Origin: Candidatus Poribacteria bacterium
GTDB lineage: Bacteria; Poribacteria; WGA-4E; WGA-3G
Reading direction: 5' to 3'
DNA length: 64,000 nucleotides
Assembly: GCA_965197475.1 (NCBI GenBank)
Contig: CBDANF010000003.1
Span: forward strand, 2,816,001-2,880,000
Shown here: positions 20,828-31,278 of the stretch, one piece after another
How positions within the stretch are numbered: the first letter of the stretch is position 1
Layout of the letters: each line of letters starts with the position of its first letter
Notes under the pieces: model-generated
Seen by the model: the letters and a program-made list of their open reading frames with translations, nothing else
Told to the model about the DNA's origin: nothing
The model's database searches: none
Translations under genes and position numbers: made by a program

Positions 20828-21592
20828 ATGAAACGGTATTCACATTTAATCACTATTTCGGGTGGTATTTTAACATTTTTCTGTTTCGCGCTACCGTGGG
20901 AAAAGGATAGATCAGGTGCTTTACTTGCCAACAGTGGTGAAGGCACTTTAGTTACAATCGCTCTAATCGCATCTTTGGTGTTTATTGGTATCAGTTTTTA
21001 TATGTTGAATCGTCATACCTCTTGGAATCCCGTATCTATAATAGTGGCACTTATTATCAGTAGCATGCTACTCGCTTTCTTTTCTTTCTTCATTATTGAG
21101 ATTGTCAACAGCAGAATTGAAGCGATTATAATCCTTTTTATCGCTGCTATAGCTATCTTCGGTATTAGTGCGTATTTGTCGAAGTATCGTTTATCTTTAA
21201 CCCCTTTCATTTTACTAATTCTAATTGGCGGGAGCATTGGAACCATCTCTTGTTTAATTGTAGTTTTCCGGTTCCTTGACAGCGGATTCAACTTTATTAT
21301 TATTTCTTTTATTGCTTCTTTAGCTATTATCGGTGTCGGCACTTTTAGGTTAATCCGACAATCACCATGGAAATCATGGTCCACATTCTTAGTGCTCATT
21401 AGCAGTAGCGTTGGCATCTGCTGCTTTCTGGTCCTGTCTCTTGGTGGTAGTCTGAATCTGAAAATGGGACATGAATATCTTACTAATCCACGATATGGTG
21501 CATTTCTCACTGCTATTGGATATATCCTCGCAATGATCGGTGTCTTAAGTAGTTTCAAAACTGCGAATAGTACTGAATCTCAAGATACGTAG
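20828..21592 (+). CDS. Membrane protein, LPW paralog 2 (extra TM repeats)
   Basis: GGILTFFCFALPW, multiple TM. Confidence 0.75.
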   Translation: MKRYSHLITISGGILTFFCFALPWEKDRSGALLANSGEGTLVTIALIASLVFIGISFYMLNRHTSWNPVSIIVALIISSMLLAFFSFFIIEIVNSRIEAIIILFIAAIAIFGISAYLSKYRLSLTPFILLILIGGSIGTISCLIVVFRFLDSGFNFIIISFIASLAIIGVGTFRLIRQSPWKSWSTFLVLISSSVGICCFLVLSLGGSLNLKMGHEYLTNPRYGAFLTAIGYILAMIGVLSSFKTANSTESQDT

Positions 21593-21622
21593 CAAAAAGA
21601 AGAAGAACCTTAAGGAGAAGAT

Positions 21623-22063
21623 ATGAGACAGGACTCGCGTTTTATCACGCTTGCAGGTGGAATTTTTGCACTTCTTAGTTTTCTTTTACCTTGGGATGAC
21701 TACGGAGATTCAGGTGTTGAATTCGCCCAATCAAGTTTCAACATCATCACGGTTCTATTTTTTGCATCTTTTGTAATTGTTCTAACCTGTCTTATGTTAA
21801 ACCAACATTCATCTTGGAAAGCAAGGATGTCAAGATTCCTGGTGTTCAGTTGTGGTGGCATAGGACTCTTCGGTTTTTTCATCTTGTTTTTTGGAGGTAG
21901 CCTAAATATCAGAATTGATGGCAGCTCGTTTGATGATCTCAGTTTCGGTGGGTTTGTATCAGTGGTTGGTTTTATCCTTGCTATCTATGGTGTAACGGAG
22001 TATCCAAAGACCTTGGATAGTTCTGCAACTAAGGATGAACAAAAAGATGAAACAAATCTTTGA
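21623..22063 (+). CDS. Membrane protein, LPW paralog 3
   Basis: GGIFALLSFLLPW, AGGAG RBS. Confidence 0.75.
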   Translation: MRQDSRFITLAGGIFALLSFLLPWDDYGDSGVEFAQSSFNIITVLFFASFVIVLTCLMLNQHSSWKARMSRFLVFSCGGIGLFGFFILFFGGSLNIRIDGSSFDDLSFGGFVSVVGFILAIYGVTEYPKTLDSSATKDEQKDETNL

Positions 22064-22144
22064 ACCGAACTGAAATAGAGCGTTTTGGAACTTTACCTAC
22101 TGGAGACTGATTTCTGACAACGGGATACCGCTATAAAACATCTT

Positions 22145-23130
22145 CGCTCATGTCAAGAGTAAGTGCTTTTGACGAGTTTTGCTATAAAATCAACACTGAC
22201 AGCTTTTAGATTCATGACGAACTCACAGATTGCGACGTAACCGGCGAGGAACTTTTTATGAACGCCACGAAAGGGACGAAGGAAGTTTCGCAGCGTCGTC
22301 CAGGCACCTTCAATCGTCCTTGTATGGATCTCGTAAAGACCATCACCGTCTGCGTCTCTTGCCCACTCGCCATCCTTATGGAGAACAATCTCACGGGCGC
22401 GCTGAATACGGTTATAGCCACGCCAACCATCCGTATACACCGTTGAAGTCGGCAACGTCCACTGATGAACGTGTGTTGAAAGCGTCGCAGAATCGGTGTG
22501 CCGCACAACACGTAATCTCAGGAGACCGCTTTCGCGACCTTTCGTCCCAACAATAGGCGGACGATCATTGTCATAAGTCCCATGTCCCCTGCGTTTATTG
22601 CCACGCCGACGCGGCGGATCCGAAGCATCAACGTGCTTATCGCCTTTTTCACCGGCGTTTTGAAACATCTCATCTGTTTCGACTTCAGCATCAGGTAAAG
22701 CAGCTTCGGGTTGTATCTGCTCTGCCGAAGTTTGGAGTTTACGTCTTATAGAAAGAACGGTTTGACGACTTAGACCCAGTTCACACCCGAGTTGTGCACT
22801 TGAAACACCTTGACAGACACCGCGCAAAAGCAGAACGACCTGTGAGGGACGAAACTGCGTGCCAGCAAAGACCGTCCCGGTATAGAGGTTGTAGATGCTC
22901 TCACAGTGTTTGCAGCGATACACTTGTAGACCACTTGTTTCAGTCGGACGGAACTTGCGTGCCTCCGCCACGCTCGCTTGGCATTTTGGGCAACACAGCC
23001 CTTGAGGGTGGAAATGATCCAACACCCACGCTTGAGTTTTTTCTTCATCCAGGAGAGATTGTATTGGAAAGTCCATAGGTAACACGCTAACATAACTTTG
23101 AAAAAATAGCACTTACTTTTTACATGAGCC
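22145..23130 (-). mobile_element. IS1595-family element (986 bp)
   Basis: TIR (C/G)GCTCATGT(C/A)AA(G/A)AGTAAGTGCT and 8-bp TSD AACATCTT (22137-22144, 23131-23138). Confidence 0.92.
22153..23076 (-). CDS. IS1595 transposase
   Basis: Zn ribbon CPKC...CKHC, VETDEMF, VYTDGWRGY and TIEGAWTTLRNFLR. Confidence 0.9.
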   Translation of the reverse strand: MDFPIQSLLDEEKTQAWVLDHFHPQGLCCPKCQASVAEARKFRPTETSGLQVYRCKHCESIYNLYTGTVFAGTQFRPSQVVLLLRGVCQGVSSAQLGCELGLSRQTVLSIRRKLQTSAEQIQPEAALPDAEVETDEMFQNAGEKGDKHVDASDPPRRRGNKRRGHGTYDNDRPPIVGTKGRESGLLRLRVVRHTDSATLSTHVHQWTLPTSTVYTDGWRGYNRIQRAREIVLHKDGEWARDADGDGLYEIHTRTIEGAWTTLRNFLRPFRGVHKKFLAGYVAICEFVMNLKAVSVDFIAKLVKSTYS

Positions 23131-23885
23131 AACATCTTATCTGGTGGGAGCGTTTCCTCCACTTCCGTCAATCCGCACAACCAGTTCCATGTGAATTGAC
23201 CTCTGTGTTGATCTCGGTAGGATTCCACCTCCGTTACATACGGATGTCTACCTTTGTGTTGGTAAGGTGGTATTTCATCGGATTCACGGACCCAATCCCG
23301 TTTTGGCATTGCAGTACGGAAATATGAAAACTTAATCATGCCGCGTCTGTCCGCGTTGAGTTTTGGACCCGCTTTGTGCCAAATACCGTAACGTGTCATC
23401 GCAACGGAGCCGGCAGGCACGGTGAGCGATAGTTGTCCGAGAATATCCCCGTAATGTGCAATCGCTTCCCGGTCAACAAGGCGGAAATGTGATCCCGGCA
23501 AAATCATTGTGGGACCATCCTCAATTTTTACTTCTTTTGGATAGTAGTAGCACTGAAGGTGCGTGATACCATATCCATATTCGGTGAGTCCGTCCGAATG
23601 CCACGTTTGTCCACGGTGTGGTGCTTCAAAGAGATGATGATGGGCATTCGTCGGCACAAGGAAATTTACACCTAACAGGGAACGCGCTACACCCGCAACT
23701 TCAGGATGGAGGAGGACGTTTCGGCGAAATTCATCAGTTTGAATTAAATCACCCATGCCTCCTCCACCAACGGATTCACATTTTTGATTAAAATCTGTAT
23801 CAATGATGTTTTCTAACGTGATATAACCGTTGTGTATAAACCGCATGACCTGGTCATCATTTAGTGTTGGTTCTACGTTAAACAT
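23131..23885 (-). pseudogene. Phytanoyl-CoA dioxygenase (PhyH) family gene, 3' end interrupted by IS1595
   Basis: WHSDG, GPTMILPGSH and WHKAG motifs. The native tail FYSGIPLSEISLQ* resumes at 22136-22097. Confidence 0.82.
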
Positions 23886-23897
23886 TTGTGTTATTCC

Positions 23898-24275
23898 TTA
23901 TACAATTTTTTCTAAAATGAATTCGAAACTGAGATAAGCGTTTTCAACATCCGAAAAGTTGTAAAGTTCAGGCCGTGGAAATTGCACGATTCGCCATCCG
24001 TCGCGGACTGCGTCAAGCACAGAAGCATAAGGTGGGTCTTGCGAGGGGAGTAATGGTTCATCCGGTGCTGTTGGGTCATATAATGCCCATGCCCCAAGCG
24101 GTGAACGCAGATTAGTTGATTTGGAATAGAGATAGAGGACAAGCTGTTTTTCTGAATTCAACACTGCTTCCACAGCGGACAAGTCTTCTACTGTAAGTTC
24201 ACCTACGTTGAGTTTTTCCGCGCAATTGTCAAGCCATTCTTTTATCGCTGATTTCACGCAAAGGTCCCCCTTCAT
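23898..24275 (-). CDS. Hypothetical protein
   Basis: 125-aa ORF upstream of phyH. PPYASVLDAVRDGWRIVQFP motif. Confidence 0.7.
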   Translation of the reverse strand: MKGDLCVKSAIKEWLDNCAEKLNVGELTVEDLSAVEAVLNSEKQLVLYLYSKSTNLRSPLGAWALYDPTAPDEPLLPSQDPPYASVLDAVRDGWRIVQFPRPELYNFSDVENAYLSFEFILEKIV

Positions 24276-24359
24276 TTAAGTTTTTGCATTATAGCATAGA
24301 AACGAAAAATATGGTATAATAGTTCAAGAGTTCACGAATCATTAAGAAAGGAATTAATT

Positions 24360-25190
24360 ATGAGATTGGAAGGAAAAGTTGCGATTGTCGCTGGTGCTGC
24401 ATGGGGCGGCATCGGTGCAGCAACCGCCTATAAATTTGCTTGCGAAGGCGCGAAAGTGGTTGTCAACACGCGTCGCCGAGAAGGAAAACTTGCTGAGACC
24501 GTAAACCGCATTCAAGATGCTGGCGGTGAAGCAGTTGCTGTCATGGGTGATGTCGCCGATGAAAAAACGTGGGAAACGCTTGTTGAAACAGCGTTAACAA
24601 ATTATGGAAAAATAACAACACTGGTCCACAATGCCGCACACTCATACACGAAAAAAGCGATTGAATTCACGCCAGAAGAATGGAATGAAAGTCTTGGTGT
24701 GACGCTTGGTGGACCGTGGCTCGGCGCAAAGTATTGTATCCCTGAAATGATTCAAAACGGGGGTGGCACTTTAGTTTTCATCTCTACTGTTAACGCCACG
24801 ATTACAAACCCAGGTTTTGGACTTTACGGTGCGGGCAAAGGTGGACTAAACGCCTTAACGCGGAGTATTGCACTCGATTACGGTAGGGAAGGCATCCGCG
24901 CTAACGCTATTGCACCTGGTCAGATTGTTGGTGAACGCGGTGAAGCATCACTCGCTGCAGATGCGTTAGAGGAACAAGCCTCGCGTGATTGTTACCCAAT
25001 AGGACGCTACGGAAAACCTGAAGACATTGCTAATGTAGCACTTTTCTTAGCATCTGATGAAGCGGATTTCGTTACCGGCATTGTGTTAACTGCAGACGGT
25101 GGCTTGACACTTCAATCGCCAGAGGCACTTGTGCGCCCCTCCTTCCGTCTCCGCTGGAGAGACGATATTTTGGTGCCGCAACCGAAATAG
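24360..25190 (+). CDS. SDR family oxidoreductase
   Basis: GAAWGGIG, YGAGKGG (YxxxK), IRANAIAPG and DGG. Confidence 0.92.
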   Translation: MRLEGKVAIVAGAAWGGIGAATAYKFACEGAKVVVNTRRREGKLAETVNRIQDAGGEAVAVMGDVADEKTWETLVETALTNYGKITTLVHNAAHSYTKKAIEFTPEEWNESLGVTLGGPWLGAKYCIPEMIQNGGGTLVFISTVNATITNPGFGLYGAGKGGLNALTRSIALDYGREGIRANAIAPGQIVGERGEASLAADALEEQASRDCYPIGRYGKPEDIANVALFLASDEADFVTGIVLTADGGLTLQSPEALVRPSFRLRWRDDILVPQPK

Positions 25191-25323
25191 GTTTCATAAA
25201 TTGAATGCAGACGTTTTCAGTATACAATTGCACAAAGTGCAGAGATAGGTCTCCGTACGAGTTGGTTTCCTTGATTCAAATAAAGGGGTATTCTAAACCC
25301 ATTTGTCATTAAAGGAGATAAAA

Positions 25324-26055
25324 ATGTGTGGACGATTTACCCTTGCATGCAATCCTGAATTGTTGGGGAAAATGTTTCATGACCCTCAGCTACGGTTAGA
25401 GTTTTCCCCACGATACAATATTGCACCGACACAAGATGTGGCTGTCATCGCTAACACGCCGGATGATGGAGATGTCCAAAAGGTCGAATTCTTCCACTGG
25501 GGACTTATTCCATCTTGGGCAAAAGACCCAAAAATCGGAAGTAGGATGATTAATGCGCGTTCAGAAACGCTAACAGAAAAACCATCCTTCCGAAACGCTT
25601 ACAAACATAGGCGATGTCTCATCTTGGCTGATGGCTACTATGAATGGCAAGAGGTGCCCGGCCAAAAACTCAAACAACCAGTCTACATCCGTCTCAAATC
25701 GCAAAATCCGTTTGCATTCACAGGGTTATGGGAGGAATGGAAGGCAAATTGGATGGAAAAACCGCTCCGTTCCTGCACTATCATTACTTGTTCGCCTAAT
25801 TCTTTTTTGGAAACAATTCATCACAGAATGCCTGTGATTTTGCCGCAAGACGCTTATGCAAAATGGCTTGCATCCGATGAACAAACACCAGAAACACTTC
25901 GTTCACTTCTTGTCCCTTACCCTGGTGGAGAGATGGAGGCGTATCCAGTGTCAAGTCTTGTTAATCGTCCTACGAATGATTCACCGCAATGTATCGCGCC
26001 TGTATCGGATGTGAACGGAAATAGTAAACAGGAATTAGATGGAAGATTATTTTGA
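25324..26055 (+). CDS. SOS response-associated peptidase (SRAP/YedK)
   Basis: N-terminal MCGRF, RYNIAPTQ, INARSET, ADGYYEW and HHRMPVIL. Confidence 0.93.
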   Translation: MCGRFTLACNPELLGKMFHDPQLRLEFSPRYNIAPTQDVAVIANTPDDGDVQKVEFFHWGLIPSWAKDPKIGSRMINARSETLTEKPSFRNAYKHRRCLILADGYYEWQEVPGQKLKQPVYIRLKSQNPFAFTGLWEEWKANWMEKPLRSCTIITCSPNSFLETIHHRMPVILPQDAYAKWLASDEQTPETLRSLLVPYPGGEMEAYPVSSLVNRPTNDSPQCIAPVSDVNGNSKQELDGRLF

Positions 26056-26083
26056 CAAGTACATTTTTTTATAGGAAGGAATT

Positions 26084-27067
26084 ATGTCAATACCGACCAA
26101 AGAGCAGATGTTCTACATGTATCGCAAGATGGTAGAGATCCGTCAATTTGAAGAAGCCGCTGGGACGCTTTATCAAAGCGGTCAACTTCCCGGTTTTCTG
26201 CACCTATACATTGGCGAAGAAGCCACAGCAGTAGGTGTTTGTGCTCACTTGAAAGATGACGATTACATCACCAGCACGCATCGCGGTCACGGACATCTCA
26301 TAGCGAAGGGTGGCAAACGCGACCGAATGATGGCGGAATTATTTGCCCGCACGACCGGCTACTGTAAAGGCAAAGGCGGGTCGATGCACATTGCCGATAA
26401 AGAGACCGGTATTCTTGGGGCAAACGGTGTCGTAGGTGCGGGGATTCCATTGGCAGCAGGTGCAGCACTCTCTGCAAAATACCGAGGCACGCAGCAGGTT
26501 GCTGTATCTTTCTTCGGCGACGGTGCCACAAATCAAGGTGTATTCCATGAAACGCTTAATCTCGCTGCTGTGTGGGAACTGCCTGTCGTTTTTGTTTGTG
26601 AAAACAACCGATTCGGTATGGGAACGCCACAACATGAACATCAACGGGTAGAGGATATCGCTGTCCGTGCTCCCGCTTACGATATACCGGGGCTCACCGT
26701 TGATGGAAACGATGTGCTCAAGGTTTATGCTGCAGCAGACGAAGCCGTTAAACGCGCACGCGAAGGTGGCGGACCTACGCTCCTCAATTGTGATACCTAC
26801 CGCTTCCGGGGACATCACATCGGGGATCCAGGCACATCCTACCGGGACCGTGAAGAAGTTCAAGAACAGGAACGTCAACGCGACCCCATCAGAAGACTCG
26901 TTCATGTCCTCATTGAAGAGGAAGGTGTAACGCAAGAAGAACTTGATGCACTTGAAACAGAACTTGCAAATGAACTTGAGGAAGCGTTGGAGTTTGCGAA
27001 AAACAGTCCTGAACCGCTACCTGAAGACGCTCTGGATGATGTTTATGCTGGCTCTATTCAACCATAG
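26084..27067 (+). CDS. TPP-dependent dehydrogenase E1 alpha subunit (pyruvate/acetoin)
   Basis: GFLHLYIGEEA, THRGHGH, GKGGSMH, FGDGATNQG and TYRFRGH. Confidence 0.92.
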   Translation: MSIPTKEQMFYMYRKMVEIRQFEEAAGTLYQSGQLPGFLHLYIGEEATAVGVCAHLKDDDYITSTHRGHGHLIAKGGKRDRMMAELFARTTGYCKGKGGSMHIADKETGILGANGVVGAGIPLAAGAALSAKYRGTQQVAVSFFGDGATNQGVFHETLNLAAVWELPVVFVCENNRFGMGTPQHEHQRVEDIAVRAPAYDIPGLTVDGNDVLKVYAAADEAVKRAREGGGPTLLNCDTYRFRGHHIGDPGTSYRDREEVQEQERQRDPIRRLVHVLIEEEGVTQEELDALETELANELEEALEFAKNSPEPLPEDALDDVYAGSIQP

Positions 27068-27130
27068 AGAAAGCAGTTGGACGAATTCAATTTTGTAGTG
27101 CAACGGACAAATTACTTGGAGGTTTTAAGC

Positions 27131-28066
27131 ATGCATAGTGCCACAACGGCGAGAGAGATGTCTCCATCTGAACTCACGGAATGCAGAGAAAACCTTAGAC
27201 GTCAGTGGGAAAACCGAAAAGTAGACGAGAAATTGCTACAACGCGCGTGGGAAGCTGCACATCGCGTTGCGACTGTCCTCTATCAAGATTATAGTGCGTC
27301 GAAAGTTGCTGTCTTCGGTTCACTCACCGAGCGAGAATGCTTCACCGAAAACTCAGACATAGATATGATTGTTTGGGGGATCTCCTATAACAAATGTCTT
27401 GATGCACTTTGGGAAACAGAGGGATTGAGTTCTGAGTTTAAGATTGACCTTATTAATTTTGAATCATCAAATGGGTTGTTTCGTCAACGGATTTTGAACC
27501 AAGCAATTCCAATTGATAAAGATGAAACGGACATTCTCAAATTAATGAACAAAACCTACTCCATATTGTACGCAGAAACTGAGGGAACTTACGCAGTGAA
27601 TCGTGATAGACTAATTCAACGTATCTCTGATGAACGCACAAAAATAGAAAGGACCGTCCGAGGCATCACGAACGCGCTACAAGATATTAATGTCGTTGCT
27701 GTAAATCATAGAAAATATGTAGAAAAGACGATTGCCTCCGACCTCGCTGAAGTCTACAGAGGAATTGAGATAATTTTTGAGCGAATTGCTCGTGAGGTGG
27801 ATATGCACATGCCAAGTGGAGATAGATGGCATAATGATTTGCTAACGCAAATGGCAGAACCTAAAGGGGAACGTCCACCCGTAATTTCTGAAAAAACTTG
27901 TAGAAAATTAAAACGGCTTTTAAAGTTCCGTCACCGTGTTAATAACATCTACAGGTACGAATTAATCTACGAAAAAGCGGAGAAACATGCAAAGCGGGTA
28001 GGTAAACTTTTCAAAAATGTCTCTGAAGAACTGGATGCTTTCGCCACTTTTTTGAACGAAACTTAA
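27131..28066 (+). CDS. Fused minimal nucleotidyltransferase (MNT) + HepT-like HEPN protein
   Basis: VFGSL...SDIDM in the N-terminal half. IFERIA..VD, WHNDLLTQM and FRHRVNNIY in the C-terminal half. Confidence 0.8.
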   Translation: MHSATTAREMSPSELTECRENLRRQWENRKVDEKLLQRAWEAAHRVATVLYQDYSASKVAVFGSLTERECFTENSDIDMIVWGISYNKCLDALWETEGLSSEFKIDLINFESSNGLFRQRILNQAIPIDKDETDILKLMNKTYSILYAETEGTYAVNRDRLIQRISDERTKIERTVRGITNALQDINVVAVNHRKYVEKTIASDLAEVYRGIEIIFERIAREVDMHMPSGDRWHNDLLTQMAEPKGERPPVISEKTCRKLKRLLKFRHRVNNIYRYELIYEKAEKHAKRVGKLFKNVSEELDAFATFLNET

Positions 28067-28072
28067 GGCAAC

Positions 28073-30016
28073 ATGAAAGAAGATGAACGCCTGAAATCAC
28101 ACGGAGTCACATGGAAATCTGTTGCCATTACACTTGTGCTGATTCCGTTCAATTTCTATTGGATCATCGCTGGCGAAGTTGGTCTTGTCGGTTATGCGCT
28201 CAATACTTATGCCGTCCCGTTTTACAATGTCGTCTTTGTTGTTTTTGCATTCACCCTAATTAATCTTGCCGTTCGATACACATCCCGAATCCGCCTGCTC
28301 ACCGATGCGGAACTCCTCACCATCTACATACTGCTTAGCACCGCTTGCGCATTTCCTTCCATCACCCTCATGACGATTCTCGTCACAACCGTCGGACACG
28401 CCTTCTGGTTCGCAACCCCCGAAAACGAATGGAATCAGTTATTTTGGGATTACCTCCCCAGATGGCTTCTCGTGGACGACCCGAAAACACTTGCTGGATA
28501 CTATACAGGCGAAACCAATCTCTCAACACTAAAAATCCTTAGTGGGTGGATAGTGCCAATATTATCTTGGACGCTTTTCATCACGGCACTTGTCCTCGTA
28601 ATGTTGTGTATCAATGTCATCTTACGAAAACAGTGGATAGAACGAGAACGACTCGCATATCCGATTACACAGATTGCGTTTCATCTCACGCATAACACGA
28701 AATCGCTGTTTTCACACCGTATCACATGGGTTGGCTTCGGGATTGCAGCATCTATTGCAATACTCAACGGTTTTAGTTTTCTGTATCCCACGATTCCTTC
28801 CCTACCGATTAAGCGAATCGGTGGCTGGCAAGGGTTTGGGCATCTATTCACAGAAAAGCCGTGGAACGCCATCGGCGGCATCAGTATGTCCTACTACCCG
28901 TTTGTCATCGGATTGGGGTTGTTGATGCCTCTTGACCTTTCCTTCTCCAGTTGGTTTTTCTTCTTTTTCTATAAAGCGCAATTAGTATTCTCAAGTGCCG
29001 TTGGACTGTCCAGTTTACCCGGATTTCCATACATAGATCGCCAATGCTTTGGTGCTGCCATCGGGATTTTCATATCTGTCTTAGTGCTGAACCTACGTCA
29101 TTTTCGCGGTGTATTCCGGATTGCACGGAAACGTACAGGTGAAGATTCTGCCGAACCCATTCCGTACAGATTCGCACTGTGGGGTATTGTTGGTGGACTT
29201 GCCATACTATTTATTTTTTCCAAACGTATTGGCATGTCATTATGGTTAATACCGCTGTTTTTTGCAATCTATTTCATCATCGTTCTGGTATTGACGCGTA
29301 TGCGCGCGGAACAGGGGTTTCCCGTGCATGCGATGGAAAACATGCCGAATCATCATATCCTCATTGATAGTTTCGGCACGCGGACATTAGGAACAAACAA
29401 CCTTGTCGCCTTAACGCTATTCCGATGGTTCAATCGGAGTTACACAAGCAACCCGATGCCGCATCAGTTAGAGGGTTTCAAACTATCGGAACGTTCCAGC
29501 ATTGCACCACGACGTTTGTTCTTCGCACTACTTGGGATTTCTGCGTTTGCCTCAATCATGGTATTCGGTGTTATTCTCTACATCTTCTACACGTATGGTG
29601 CTTTGAACATGAGTGGGAGTAGCAGTTGGTCTATAGGTTTCGGTGAACGTGTTTTCAGTGGACTCCAACGGTGGCTTTATTATCCTACCGAACCGAATTT
29701 CTATGCAAGCGGTGGTATTGTTATCGGTTTGCTTTTTTCGACGCTTCTGATGTTTATGCGAGCGCGGTTCTTCTGGTGGCCCTTTCATCCGATTGGGTTT
29801 GTTGTCTCAAGCGATTGGGGAATGCGATATTTGTGGAGTTGTATGCTGATCAGTTCTGTCGTGAAGTGGTCGGTGTTGAGAATCAGCGGTCCACGTGCAT
29901 CTCAGCAACTCGTGATGTTTGCTGTTGGATTGATGTTAGGCGATTTTACCGTAGGCGGTATCTGGAGTCTTATTAGCGTTGTGACGCAGCAACCGATGTA
30001 TAATTTCTGGCCGTAA
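28073..30016 (+). CDS. Polytopic membrane protein, OPT-like putative peptide transporter
   Basis: About 16 TM, RKQWIERERLAYPI and WWPFHPIG motifs. Confidence 0.75.
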   Translation: MKEDERLKSHGVTWKSVAITLVLIPFNFYWIIAGEVGLVGYALNTYAVPFYNVVFVVFAFTLINLAVRYTSRIRLLTDAELLTIYILLSTACAFPSITLMTILVTTVGHAFWFATPENEWNQLFWDYLPRWLLVDDPKTLAGYYTGETNLSTLKILSGWIVPILSWTLFITALVLVMLCINVILRKQWIERERLAYPITQIAFHLTHNTKSLFSHRITWVGFGIAASIAILNGFSFLYPTIPSLPIKRIGGWQGFGHLFTEKPWNAIGGISMSYYPFVIGLGLLMPLDLSFSSWFFFFFYKAQLVFSSAVGLSSLPGFPYIDRQCFGAAIGIFISVLVLNLRHFRGVFRIARKRTGEDSAEPIPYRFALWGIVGGLAILFIFSKRIGMSLWLIPLFFAIYFIIVLVLTRMRAEQGFPVHAMENMPNHHILIDSFGTRTLGTNNLVALTLFRWFNRSYTSNPMPHQLEGFKLSERSSIAPRRLFFALLGISAFASIMVFGVILYIFYTYGALNMSGSSSWSIGFGERVFSGLQRWLYYPTEPNFYASGGIVIGLLFSTLLMFMRARFFWWPFHPIGFVVSSDWGMRYLWSCMLISSVVKWSVLRISGPRASQQLVMFAVGLMLGDFTVGGIWSLISVVTQQPMYNFWP

Positions 30017-30119
30017 GGTGAGACATGAGTTTCACATGCTAACCTGATCTTGAGATGTTTTAATTTGAGAAATCGTTAGAAATGTGCTACAATTCAATAT
30101 CAGTTTGGAAGATATTGGA

Positions 30120-30356
30120 ATGGATTTTGAAATTGTTGGAGAAATCAAGCAAATCGAAACTATTAGTCGTGGTAGTGGCATTCGGAACCAGGCGCGGTTA
30201 CACCGTCAGTACGGTCAAGGAAAATGGCGCAAGTTAAAGGGGGTGGCATACGTCCGCTTGGTTGATGGCTCAATACATCTTGCCGAAATTCATTGGTATC
30301 AAGCTGATAACATTGGCAAGAAGGAATTCAAAATTAAACTCCCATTTCTGGATTAA
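30120..30356 (+). CDS. Small hypothetical protein (TA-like pair, gene 1)
   Basis: RLHRQYGQGKWRKLKG...AEIHWY. Confidence 0.7.
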   Translation: MDFEIVGEIKQIETISRGSGIRNQARLHRQYGQGKWRKLKGVAYVRLVDGSIHLAEIHWYQADNIGKKEFKIKLPFLD

Positions 30357-30358
30357 AG

Positions 30359-30601
30359 ATGGATAAAAAAGAGAAACAATTTCCGCAATTCGGTCTATGT
30401 CTCAATAACGAAGAATATACTGCTTCTCTTGAAGTGGGAAAGGTATATCGCGTCATTCCTGACGATGAGGCAGCGGCTCACGGCTATATTCGCGTTATAG
30501 ATGAAAGCGGCGAAGATTATGCCTATACTGCTAACCGTTTTCACCTAATTCAGCTGCCAATTGCTGTTGAAAAGGCGTTGTTATCTGCCTTACGAACATA
30601 G
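30359..30601 (+). CDS. Small hypothetical protein (TA-like pair, gene 2)
   Basis: SLEVGKVY...IRVIDESGEDYAY. Translationally coupled to the preceding gene. Confidence 0.7.
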   Translation: MDKKEKQFPQFGLCLNNEEYTASLEVGKVYRVIPDDEAAAHGYIRVIDESGEDYAYTANRFHLIQLPIAVEKALLSALRT

Positions 30602-30847
30602 AAACCATATCCATGGGATTCATGGAATCCGATGGATATGTCTCTTTAAAAGCACCTACAGTGCAGCAGCAGATTTGCTATATTCCCAAAACTTCAGTGG
30701 GCAAAATGTAAATCATTATAGGAAATAACTTTATCCATTTTGGCAATTTGACTTGCACGTAAGCATGAAATATGTTAAAATCAAAATAGTACAGACAGAA
30801 AAACCAGAGAATTTAATTTTGATTTCCAAGAAACAAGGAGTTACCTT

Positions 30848-31099
30848 ATGAAAAAACCGAATGTCGCTCCGAAAAAAATTACATCAAAATTTCCAAAATC
30901 TGGTTTATCTGATAAGGATATAGCAGTAACAGATGGAGATGTTCCACCTCCAAAAAAAGAGGGCGGACCTGTCCCAACCCCTGATTATACGCTTGAACAA
31001 CTTCTTGCTAATATACCAGAACCAGATCCCAAAGTGTCAAAGTCTAAGTCTTCCAAGGAAGTGGATACAGGAAAGCCGATAGGCAAGGAGGTGTGGTAA
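30848..31099 (+). CDS. Protein with MazE-like C-terminal tail
   Basis: YTLEQLLANI...EVDTGKPIGKEVW. AGGAG RBS. Confidence 0.55.
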   Translation: MKKPNVAPKKITSKFPKSGLSDKDIAVTDGDVPPPKKEGGPVPTPDYTLEQLLANIPEPDPKVSKSKSSKEVDTGKPIGKEVW

Positions 31100-31278
31100 A
31101 CCCACAGATAAACAACAATTAATGACTGACGATTTGTGATTAAAACCTTAAATTGAAAAGTTCAAACTATGTGACTAAAACTAAAACTACAATTTTAACC
31201 TCAAACTTTGTTAACAAACATTTCTACTACAAAACAAATTTGCAAATTCTCTTTGAAAAACAAAAAATAATTTATTTA

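Noticed and set aside
22770-23130. C-terminal 120 aa of the 371-aa ORF as a real domain
   Set aside because: It is read-through into the IS1595 in an alternative frame.
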